From: Bacillota bacterium
GTDB taxonomy: Bacteria > Patescibacteriota > Minisyncoccia > Phycocordibacterales > Phycocordibacteraceae
NCBI GenBank assembly: GCA_050260455.1
Contig: JBLNCF010000012.1
Location: 1 to 56,235, forward strand
Length of the DNA: 56,235 nucleotides
Reading direction: 5' to 3'
Below, piece after piece: positions 27,283 to 37,340 of this stretch. Position numbers and translations under genes: made by a program. The notes beneath the pieces are model-generated. The model searched no databases and was not told where the DNA came from. It was given only the letters and a program-made list of their open reading frames with translations. Numbering within the stretch: the first letter of the stretch is position 1; each line of letters begins with the position of its first letter.

Positions 27283-28488
27283 ATGTTGTTCACCTATCGA
27301 GCACTGGATACCGACGGGCACGAACGAGAGGGAACCATTGAGGCGCTGTCGATGGATATAGCCGTCTCTACTCTCCAACGACGCAACCTTATTGTTTCCT
27401 CGATTGCACCCTCAACGAAGAAGTCGTTTACCGACAGTCTGTCCTTCATCTCTCCTGTTTCCAATAAGGAGGTGGTTATTTTGTCGCGACAGATTGCGAC
27501 TCTGTTCGAGGCTCAAGTCTCGGCACTTCGTGTGTTCCGGCTCCTTGCGGCAGAAGTCGAAAACAAACATCTTGCCGATATCCTCACACAGGTTGCTGAC
27601 GATTTGCAGGGAGGTACTTCCATAAGTAAAGCGCTTTCACGACATCCGAAGGTGTTCGAAGCGTTCTATGTGAACATGGTGCGCGCGGGCGAGGAATCCG
27701 GAAAGCTTTCCGAAACCTTTGGTTATCTTGCTGACTATCTCGATCGTTCCTACGAAGTTGCGAACAAGGCACAGAATGCGCTTATTTACCCAGCGTTCGT
27801 GATCGCGGTGTTCGTCATCGTGATGGCACTCATGCTCACGCTCGTTATCCCGAAGATTAGTGCCATTCTCCTCGATTCAGGGCAGAAGATACCTATCTAT
27901 ACACAGATAGTGATCGGCATCTCCACCGCAGTCACTAAATATGGAGTGTTCGTACTTATTGCGCTCCTTGCGGGTGGTTTCTTTGCATTTCGCTCGGCAC
28001 AGACGCCTGCCGGCCAGCTCATGTTTGACAGCATGAAGCTCGATATTCCATTCATTGGCGATCTGTATCAAAAGCTCTATCTTTCACGCATTGCAGACAA
28101 CTTTGCGACTATGCTTGTCTCGGGCGTGCCGGTCGTTGAAGCGGTCGACATCACCGCTTCGGTGGTGGACAGTCCTATTTATGCAGGCATCCTGCGTCAG
28201 GTAGGAGAGGATGTGAAAGGGGGTCTCTCTATATCGGATGCACTTGCTCGTCACGAGGAGATTCCCGGCATCATGAGCGCGATGGTGCGTGTTGGTGAAG
28301 AAACGGGCGAACTCGGTAGCATTCTCGCTACGCTCGCGAAGTTCTATCAGCGCGAAGTGTCTACTTCTGTCGACACGCTCGTCGATCTCATTGAGCCACT
28401 CATGATCGTCATTCTCGGTCTTGGCGTCGGTATTCTCCTTGCAGCAGTGCTCATCCCGATCTACAACCTCGCAGGTTCGATCTCGTAA
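27283..28488 (+). CDS. pilC: Type IV pilus platform protein PilC (GspF family)
   Basis: Two GspF repeats: GEESGKL, ALIYP, GEETGEL, LIEP. Confidence 0.96.
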   Translation: MLFTYRALDTDGHEREGTIEALSMDIAVSTLQRRNLIVSSIAPSTKKSFTDSLSFISPVSNKEVVILSRQIATLFEAQVSALRVFRLLAAEVENKHLADILTQVADDLQGGTSISKALSRHPKVFEAFYVNMVRAGEESGKLSETFGYLADYLDRSYEVANKAQNALIYPAFVIAVFVIVMALMLTLVIPKISAILLDSGQKIPIYTQIVIGISTAVTKYGVFVLIALLAGGFFAFRSAQTPAGQLMFDSMKLDIPFIGDLYQKLYLSRIADNFATMLVSGVPVVEAVDITASVVDSPIYAGILRQVGEDVKGGLSISDALARHEEIPGIMSAMVRVGEETGELGSILATLAKFYQREVSTSVDTLVDLIEPLMIVILGLGVGILLAAVLIPIYNLAGSIS

Positions 28489-28498
28489 TTACTTCGTG

Positions 28499-28507
28499 TT
28501 ATCCACA
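28499..28507 (+). promoter_or_regulatory. Perfect DnaA box TTATCCACA upstream of pilin 1
   Basis: Exact consensus; starts 38 nt before TACAAT (28537-42). Confidence 0.65.
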
Positions 28508-28594
28508 CGCAACAACGCGTACGTGCGTTTCTCTCGTACAATAGATTACAAGCGGATATTACTCATAACCCGCGCATAATAAATCGATTTATTT

Positions 28595-29068
28595 ATGAAC
28601 CTTGTATCTTCAATCCGAAAGGGACACGTTCGTAAGGGTCACCTCACCGGTTTCACCCTTATCGAACTTCTCGTCGTGATCGCCATCATCGGCATTCTCT
28701 CCTCGGTTGTGCTTGCTTCGCTCAACACTGCACGTGCCAAGGGCGCCGATGCGGCCATCAAGTCGAACATCGACAACGCGCGCGCACAGGCTGAGCTCTA
28801 CTATGACAATGGTCAGACTTACCTCGGTGTCTGTGCAGCCGCTTCGAGCGCAACTCCAGGCGGTATTGCAACCATGAAGAGCGGTGCAACTGCTGCCGGT
28901 GCTTCCCAGGTCTACTGCGCCGACAGCGCTACGTCCTGGATCCTTGCAGCTAACCTCAAGACGGGCGGCTCCTTCTGTGCTGACAATACGGGAACCTCGA
29001 CCTACAAGTCGATCACGGTTCCGTCTTCGGGAGCTACTGCAACCTCCTGCAACGTCACGAGCTACTAA
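28595..29068 (+). CDS. pilA: Type IV pilin 1 (probable major pilin)
   Basis: G|FTLIELLVVIAIIGILSSVV class III signal; own promoter, A/T-rich leader and terminator; C-terminal Cys residues. Confidence 0.93.
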   Translation: MNLVSSIRKGHVRKGHLTGFTLIELLVVIAIIGILSSVVLASLNTARAKGADAAIKSNIDNARAQAELYYDNGQTYLGVCAAASSATPGGIATMKSGATAAGASQVYCADSATSWILAANLKTGGSFCADNTGTSTYKSITVPSSGATATSCNVTSY

Positions 29069-29086
29069 TCAGATAGTTAGAGAAGG

Positions 29087-29112
29087 AAAACCGCCTCACG
29101 AGGGCGGTTTTT
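29087..29112 (+). terminator. Terminator after pilin 1
   Basis: aaaaccgcc...ggcggttttt with U-tract. Confidence 0.85.
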
Positions 29113-29120
29113 CTTTATGG

Positions 29121-29129
29121 CTATCCACC
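29121..29129 (+). promoter_or_regulatory. DnaA-box-like site CTATCCACC upstream of pilin 2
   Basis: 7/9 match; starts 39 nt before TATACT (29160-65). Confidence 0.5.
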
Positions 29130-29172
29130 AGGATGTAATTTCGATGCGGGGGCACACGGTATACTGGAAACC

Positions 29173-29688
29173 ATGACATCCTCTGATTCCCGAGGTTTTA
29201 CCCTCATTGAGCTTCTCGTTGTGATTGCCATCATCGGCATCCTCTCCTCGGTGGCTATCGGCTCGCTCATGCTTGGCCGCCTGAAGGCAGCTGATGCAGC
29301 GATACAGTCTGACCTTCATGCAATTGCGTCGCAGATGGAGATTTACTACACGAGCAATAATAATTTCGGGACTACCTATAACCAAACGTCAGCACTCTCG
29401 GTGGTGCCCACAACCGGAACGAGTCTGTACGTTACTGATACGGTCATCAATAACGCGCTCAAGGATGCCATGAAGCAGAGCGGATCGGGACAAAGCGCGT
29501 GGGCTGCTACCGGCAAGGTCGCTGGCTCAAGCGGAACCATCGCATCAACGTGGGCTGTTGCTGTACGCCTTAAGAGTGACAGTAGTTCCGCGTGGTGCAT
29601 CGACTCTGGGGGAACGGGTGAGAAGATCACATTCTCCGCTTCCTCGAATCCTCTTGGTGGCAACACTGCGCCCGCCCAGTGTCCATAG
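29173..29688 (+). CDS. Type IV pilin 2
   Basis: G|FTLIELLVVIAIIGILSSVA; WCIDS.G and terminal Cys. Confidence 0.93.
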   Translation: MTSSDSRGFTLIELLVVIAIIGILSSVAIGSLMLGRLKAADAAIQSDLHAIASQMEIYYTSNNNFGTTYNQTSALSVVPTTGTSLYVTDTVINNALKDAMKQSGSGQSAWAATGKVAGSSGTIASTWAVAVRLKSDSSSAWCIDSGGTGEKITFSASSNPLGGNTAPAQCP

Positions 29689-30438
29689 ATGCAAACCATC
29701 CTCCACATCTTGATTGGAGCGTTGGGTGCAGTGCTCGGCAGCTTCGCAGGGGTGATAAGTGAACGGCTGCATACGGGTGAGTCCTGGATACAAGGAAGAT
29801 CTAAGTGCAATTCCTGTGCGCGCGTCCTGTCGAGCGTTGATCTAATTCCCGTGCTCTCCTGGGTAAGTACGCGCGGACGGTGTCGTGGGTGTAGGGCGTC
29901 GGTGCCGTATCGCTACGCAATCATAGAGGCGCTACTTGCCCTCCTGTTTTACGGAGGTGCTCGTCTCGTTGGGTTTACACCCGAGCTGCCGTTCTTGCTC
30001 ATTTCTTTCTTTATTTTGGCGATTGTTGTGCTGTATGACTTACGCCACACCATCGTTCCGCTTAACCTCGCACTTCTTCTTATCGCCACAAGTGGTATCT
30101 ATGCATGGCTTCACGCAGCGAATATACATGCATTCGGGATTGCTGTTTTTACCGCAGGTATCATAGCGTCGGGCTTTGCCTTCCTGCACTTCGTATCGCG
30201 GGGAAGGTGGATGGGTCTTGGGGATGCGCCGATTGCACTTGCCCTCTCCCTGCTTGCGGGTGGTAGTGCGATATCAGGACTCCTTTTCTCATTCTGGATA
30301 GGTGGTGCGTTCGGGATAATCGTGTTGGTGACCGCTCCGAAAGGGCATAGAATAGGTATTGAAGTACCCTTCGTGCCGTTTCTTGCCGCTGGATACCTCC
30401 TTGCTTTATTCACGCAATGGAATCCATTCATCCTGTAG
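29689..30438 (+). CDS. pilD: Prepilin peptidase PilD
   Basis: GSFAGV, RSKCNSC, GRCRGC, YDLRH, MGLGD, VPFVPFL. Confidence 0.96.
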   Translation: MQTILHILIGALGAVLGSFAGVISERLHTGESWIQGRSKCNSCARVLSSVDLIPVLSWVSTRGRCRGCRASVPYRYAIIEALLALLFYGGARLVGFTPELPFLLISFFILAIVVLYDLRHTIVPLNLALLLIATSGIYAWLHAANIHAFGIAVFTAGIIASGFAFLHFVSRGRWMGLGDAPIALALSLLAGGSAISGLLFSFWIGGAFGIIVLVTAPKGHRIGIEVPFVPFLAAGYLLALFTQWNPFIL

Positions 30439-31103
30439 CTCCTGGTGCCGCTCCGCGAGGATTTACGCTCGCAGAAATGATGGTCGTTCTCACCATCATT
30501 GTGATCGTGACGATCATCGCCTTGTCGGGGCAGGGTAATTTCAATAAGTCGCTTACCGTTACCGACACGGCATATACCGTGGCCCTGTCCATACGTCAGG
30601 CACAGTCATATGGTCTTGCGAGCCGCACGTCGGGTGTCACATCCAATGCGGGCTACGGCATACATTTCGCTACCGCCGCTCCCTCCGCATACCTCATGTT
30701 TGTGGATACCAGTAAGGCGGTGTATGGCGTACCGAGTTATTGTCCTGTAGGTACGGTAGGACAGCCGGATGCCAAGCCGGGCAACTGTATGTATGATCCG
30801 AACCAGAACGAAGTATCCCAAAACTTCGCCTTTTCTCGAGGGTTCATTGTGAGTCAGCTCTGCGGACACGATACTGGAGGCATTCTTCGCTGTTCGAGCG
30901 ATTCGACCGCACCGTTGACTGCTATTGATATCCTTTTCATTCGACCGAATACGAACTCCATCGTTACTGGCTTCCGTTCGACCGGCAGTCTCCAGCTTAA
31001 GGATGCACAGATTAAGCTCACCGCACCGGTAGGGAATGGTTCGCGCTACATCTGTGTAACGCAGGTAGGTGAGATATCAGTGGCCTCCTCTGCATGTCCA
31101 TGA
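30417..31103 (+). CDS. Minor pilin (FimT/GspH-like)
   Basis: G|FTLAEMMVVL, A..IRQAQ..G. Confidence 0.88.
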   Translation: MESIHPVAPGAAPRGFTLAEMMVVLTIIVIVTIIALSGQGNFNKSLTVTDTAYTVALSIRQAQSYGLASRTSGVTSNAGYGIHFATAAPSAYLMFVDTSKAVYGVPSYCPVGTVGQPDAKPGNCMYDPNQNEVSQNFAFSRGFIVSQLCGHDTGGILRCSSDSTAPLTAIDILFIRPNTNSIVTGFRSTGSLQLKDAQIKLTAPVGNGSRYICVTQVGEISVASSACP

Positions 31104-31690
31104 CGCGCCGTACATTAACCCGGGGTTTCACACTTCTCGAGATGATTGTCGCCATCGCGATATTCTCTCTCGTGATGCTTGTTGCTACGAGCGCGTATTT
31201 CAATCTCATTGCGCTCGATCGTCGCGCTCGCGCTACGAACCAGGTGGTGAATAACCTCTCTTTCGCGGTGGATGCCATGGTGCGTGGTATCCGTACGGGC
31301 AAGAACTATCAGTGTTTGGACGGAAGTCCGTACGGAGGAGGGAACTCGACGACTGGCTCATGCACTAAATTTACATATACGGACTCGACGCTGGCGGGAA
31401 ATAATGTGGTGACCTACTTCCTTAAAGCAAACGGTACTATCGGACGATGTGAATCGACCTCAGCGTGTACCGCAGATGCGAGCGCTTCTTCTATCACCGA
31501 TCCGGCCATTACCATCACCAAGCTCGTGTTCTATGTCCGAGGTGTGGGTACGACACCGGGAGATACGGATGGCGACACACAGCCGCAAGTATTGTTCACG
31601 GTAACCGGTACTATGCCAGCGGATTCCTCGGGGAATAAGACCACCTTTGTTATCGAAGAAACGGCCACGCAGCGCCTCATTGACCTATGA
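31094..31690 (+). CDS. Minor pilin (PilW/GspJ-like)
   Basis: G|FTLLEMIVAIAIF. Confidence 0.88.
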   Translation: MSMTRRTLTRGFTLLEMIVAIAIFSLVMLVATSAYFNLIALDRRARATNQVVNNLSFAVDAMVRGIRTGKNYQCLDGSPYGGGNSTTGSCTKFTYTDSTLAGNNVVTYFLKANGTIGRCESTSACTADASASSITDPAITITKLVFYVRGVGTTPGDTDGDTQPQVLFTVTGTMPADSSGNKTTFVIEETATQRLIDL

Positions 31691-32199
31691 ACCTGAAAGC
31701 CTTCACTCTCGTTGAGACACTTATTGCGGTCGCGGTCATTGCGCTCGCCATCGTGGGCCCGTTTCAGATTGCGCAGGGTGTCCTCGAAACGTCCTACACG
31801 GCACGTGATCAACTCACGGCAACCGCCCTTGCCCAGGAGGGCGTGGAGTATGTCCGCAAAGTGCGCGACAACAACTACATATACAACCTACACACCCCCG
31901 CAAATCGAGCATGGCTTTACGGACTCGACACTTGCTACACCTATGCGTGTGTAGTTGATCCAGGACAGCAGACGGTGACTTCCTGTGGCAATCAGACCTG
32001 CTCAACGAAGCCGCTCTATCTCTCGTCAAGCAATCTTTATACCCAGGTCACGACGAACGGAACACAGACCCGGTTCACACGTGCGGTGAAGCTCACCCAG
32101 ATAAGTGCGACGGAGACAAAGGTTACGGTTACTGTGAGTTGGAACTATCATGGTGCGCGCTCGGTCGTGCTTACAGAGATAATGGATGACTGGCTATGA
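31687..32199 (+). CDS. Minor pilin (PilV-like)
   Basis: A|FTLVETLIAV, ATALAQEGVEYVR, VTVTVSW. Confidence 0.88.
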   Translation: MNLKAFTLVETLIAVAVIALAIVGPFQIAQGVLETSYTARDQLTATALAQEGVEYVRKVRDNNYIYNLHTPANRAWLYGLDTCYTYACVVDPGQQTVTSCGNQTCSTKPLYLSSSNLYTQVTTNGTQTRFTRAVKLTQISATETKVTVTVSWNYHGARSVVLTEIMDDWL

Positions 32200-32714
32200 T
32201 GTACCCTCCCTCATCACTTCGCGGAGTCACCCTCCTCATCGCCGTCATTCTTTCGTCGGTGGTGCTCACCGTGGCGCTCGCACTCCTCGACATCTCATAC
32301 AAGCAGGTCATTCTCGCGTCTTCTGCTAAGCAATCGCATATCGCGTTCTATAGCGCCGATTCGGCCATGGAGTGTGCTCTTTACTGGGATCAGCAGAAGA
32401 ATGCGTTCAGCTATACGGCTTCCAGTTATGTCACCAGTTCCTCCGGCTTCAGTTGTGCGGATCAGAACGGCAACGAACAGACCATCGTTATCTCACCGCC
32501 AAGTTATTCAGGGAATGCCTCCAACGTTTCAGGTTCCACCCGCACCACCATCTTCTCCATTCCATGCACCGGGGGAGGCAATCAGGCCAAAGTACAAGTC
32601 AATAAACAAAGCAACGGTACCACCGATATCTTTGCGACCGGATACAGTACCTGCTCTCTGACCGATCCTCGCCGTATCGAACGCGGTCTCAAGATCCATT
32701 ACGACGGTTCGTAG
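32196..32714 (+). CDS. Minor pilin (PilX/GspK-like, no Glu5)
   Basis: G|VTLLIAVIL, AFYSADSAMECA, I..TG. Confidence 0.85.
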   Translation: MMYPPSSLRGVTLLIAVILSSVVLTVALALLDISYKQVILASSAKQSHIAFYSADSAMECALYWDQQKNAFSYTASSYVTSSSGFSCADQNGNEQTIVISPPSYSGNASNVSGSTRTTIFSIPCTGGGNQAKVQVNKQSNGTTDIFATGYSTCSLTDPRRIERGLKIHYDGS

Positions 32715-32745
32715 CGACGCTCCCACCCTCTCCTAAATGCGGTAG

Positions 32746-34770
<2,025 letters not shown>

Positions 34771-34782
34771 TACAGTGCCCGT

Positions 34783-35073
34783 ATGACCACTCCTGACGAC
34801 GTGAAGAAGCTCGCGGCCCTTTCGCGCGTGTCTATTCCGGAAGATCGACTCGCCGGCTTCGCTTCAGAATTCGAGGCTATTCTCGCGTACGTGGGCAAGC
34901 TCTCCGAATTATCCCTGCCTAAAGGCGGCGGTCGTGCTTCAGCTGTACGCAATGCCTTCCGTGAGGATGGCGAACCGCATGAGAAAGGGAAGTACACTGA
35001 AGCACTTGTGGATCAGTTCCCCGATCGGGACGGCAATTCACTTCGTGTGAAGCAGATCATTTCTCATGATTAA
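34783..35073 (+). CDS. gatC: Asp/Glu-tRNA amidotransferase subunit C
   Basis: DVKKLAALSR, ILAYV..L.EL, FRED, VKQI; precedes gatA. Confidence 0.92.
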   Translation: MTTPDDVKKLAALSRVSIPEDRLAGFASEFEAILAYVGKLSELSLPKGGGRASAVRNAFREDGEPHEKGKYTEALVDQFPDRDGNSLRVKQIISHD

Positions 35074-36502
35074 CCTCAATGAACTGACCCTGGTCGAAGC
35101 TGCGCGTGCACTCCGTGCGCGTGAATGTACGGTACGCGAACTATGGGATGCGTGCGCGACTGCGGCACGTGAGCGTAACGGCAAGCTACATGCGTACCTT
35201 GAGCTTTTTGATGCAGACGATGCAGCGATCGCTTCCGCCCAGGAACGCATTGATCGGGAAGGGGACGCTGCACCGCTCCTCTGCGGCATTCCGCTTGCGA
35301 TAAAAGACAATATCCTTATCGAAGGGAAAATCGCGAGTGCGGCGTCAAAGATGCTGGCTAATTACCGAGCCACCTACGATGCAACAGTTATCGAGAAACT
35401 GAAAGCACAGAACGCACTCTTCTTGGGACGTGCGAATATGGACGAGTTCGCCATGGGTTCATCTACGGAGAATTCTGCGTATGGACCGACTAAGAACCCG
35501 CACGACACCTCGCGTGTTCCTGGTGGTTCCTCGGGCGGCTCTGCTGCAGCAGTGGCAGCGCATCTCGCCATCGCGTCGCTCGGTACAGATACCGGTGGTT
35601 CCATCCGTCAGCCGGCAGCGCACTGTGGTCTCGTGGGTCTGAAGCCTACGTATGGGCGTGTGTCTCGCAGCGGAGCGATTGCGCTTGGTTCGTCGCTTGA
35701 TCAGATCGGTCCGTTTGGCAAGACGGTCGCCGATACCAAAGCGCTCTATGACGCTATCGCAGGATACGATCCGAAGGATGCAACGAGCATCACACCAGAC
35801 ACATATCCGGTTTCTGGTGCAAAAGACATCCTTACTATTGGTGTACCCCGGCATTTACTGGAGGAAGGGGTGGACCAAGATGTACGCGAGGCGTTTGAAC
35901 GCACGCTTACGGAACTCAAGGAAGCTGGGCACCAGCTCGTAGATGTTTCGCTTCCTACGAGCGGATACGCACTTCCGGCGTACTACGTCATCATGCCTGC
36001 CGAAGCGTCTACTAATCTCGCGCGCTATGATGGCGTGCGCTATGGTCATGCCGCCCGTGGGGAAACCCTTCTTGAGGATTATGTGCAGTCTCGTACCGAA
36101 GGATTTGGTCCCGAGACCATTCGGCGCATTCTGCTCGGCACCTTTGTGCTTTCGTCTGGGTATATTGATGCCTATTACCGTACGGCCGATGCTGCTCGCG
36201 ATGTCTTAACCAAAGAGTACGACGATGCGTTCGCCTCGTGCGACGTTATCGCGTTCCCCACGACACCCGCTCCCGCCTTCAAGTTTGGTGAGAAGAGCGG
36301 GGATCCGGTCTCAATGTATCTTGAAGACGTATTTACTGTGACGGCAAACCTGACCGGTATGCCGGCCATGTCGGTGCCTATGGGTAACGTTGACCGCGAG
36401 GGTGTCATGCTTCCGATCGGTATCCATTTCACTGCTCCTAAAGGGGCTGAAGAAACGCTGTTCAAAATCGGCGCGGCAGTGACGAAAGAGACGCTATACT
36501 AG
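35066..36502 (+). CDS. gatA: Asp/Glu-tRNA amidotransferase subunit A
   Basis: AIKDNI, NMDEFAMGSS, PGGSSGGSAA, GTDTGGSIRQPA, NLARYDG, RRILLGT. Confidence 0.98.
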   Translation: MINLNELTLVEAARALRARECTVRELWDACATAARERNGKLHAYLELFDADDAAIASAQERIDREGDAAPLLCGIPLAIKDNILIEGKIASAASKMLANYRATYDATVIEKLKAQNALFLGRANMDEFAMGSSTENSAYGPTKNPHDTSRVPGGSSGGSAAAVAAHLAIASLGTDTGGSIRQPAAHCGLVGLKPTYGRVSRSGAIALGSSLDQIGPFGKTVADTKALYDAIAGYDPKDATSITPDTYPVSGAKDILTIGVPRHLLEEGVDQDVREAFERTLTELKEAGHQLVDVSLPTSGYALPAYYVIMPAEASTNLARYDGVRYGHAARGETLLEDYVQSRTEGFGPETIRRILLGTFVLSSGYIDAYYRTADAARDVLTKEYDDAFASCDVIAFPTTPAPAFKFGEKSGDPVSMYLEDVFTVTANLTGMPAMSVPMGNVDREGVMLPIGIHFTAPKGAEETLFKIGAAVTKETLY

Positions 36503-36508
36503 CGGATA

Positions 36509-37129
36509 ATGGATCCCACTGGCGCAAGCGTCGCGGCGACTACGCCTCCGGTGCATTTCCTGAATATCGAGTACCTCTTTTACCTGATCTACCAGTGGTT
36601 AACGGGTACGCATCAGACGGGAGGGCTCGATATCTCGAACCTTGTTCATCTACTGACTATCCTGTGGGTGGTTATCACGGTGCTCGCGTACATCATCTCG
36701 CTCGCATTCCTGGCGCTCTTCGTACATTCGCTGATTCGCATGTACCAGACCAAGGATGCTGATGCACCACGCTTTGCCACCATTCATGATGTACACCACG
36801 CTGAAGAGGTGACGGAGCACCATCGATGGAATCATGTCAGACAGCTTATCGAAGGGACTCAAGAGAGTGATTGGCGCCAGGCCATCATTGAGGCCGACAT
36901 CATGTTAGACGACATGCTCACCCGGTTGGGGTATCAGGGAGATACCGTGGGCGATAAGCTTAAGGCTGTGGATCCTGCTCGGTTCACAACGTTGCAGGAA
37001 GCATGGGAAGCGCATCGCGTCCGCAATGATATTGCTCATCGAGGCTCCACATTCGCGCTCACCGATCACCTCGCGTATCGCACCATTCTTCACTACGAGA
37101 ATGTGTTCAAGGAGCACGGCGAGATTTAA
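36509..37129 (+). CDS. Membrane-anchored HEPN-like (DUF4145-type) protein
   Basis: TM helix, then AIIEADIMLDDML..G.T.G.KL and RNDIAH (Rx4H). Confidence 0.65.
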   Translation: MDPTGASVAATTPPVHFLNIEYLFYLIYQWLTGTHQTGGLDISNLVHLLTILWVVITVLAYIISLAFLALFVHSLIRMYQTKDADAPRFATIHDVHHAEEVTEHHRWNHVRQLIEGTQESDWRQAIIEADIMLDDMLTRLGYQGDTVGDKLKAVDPARFTTLQEAWEAHRVRNDIAHRGSTFALTDHLAYRTILHYENVFKEHGEI

Positions 37130-37194
37130 CTTGCTTTTAACAAAAAAGGGCGTAGTATAAGCACATTCGTCGGCTTTAACGAGCCAACAAGGAT

Positions 37195-37265
37195 AGCGGG
37201 GTAGAGGAGAGGTACCTCGGGAGGCTCATAACCTCCAGACGCCGGTTCGATTCCGGCCCCCGCAA
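37195..37265 (+). tRNA. Initiator tRNA-fMet (CAU)
   Basis: A1xA72 mismatch, A11-U24, GGAGG-CTCATAA-CCTCC, GCCGG-TTCGATT-CCGGC; TTGCTT-N16-TAGTAT promoter upstream. Confidence 0.92.
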
Positions 37266-37271
37266 CATGGA

Positions 37272-37302
37272 CAGAAAGACCCGGCCAGGCCGGGTCTTTC
37301 TG
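37272..37302. terminator. Terminator after tRNA-fMet
   Basis: cagaaagacccggc/gccgggtctttctg 14-bp stem. Confidence 0.88.
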
Positions 37303-37340
37303 CTTTACTTCATAGCTCTAAAACGAGATATACTTTGCAT

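Noticed and set aside
28499-28507. Replication origin at the perfect DnaA box
   Set aside because: Single box in a 106-nt spacer; no box cluster, DUE or dnaA/dnaN nearby
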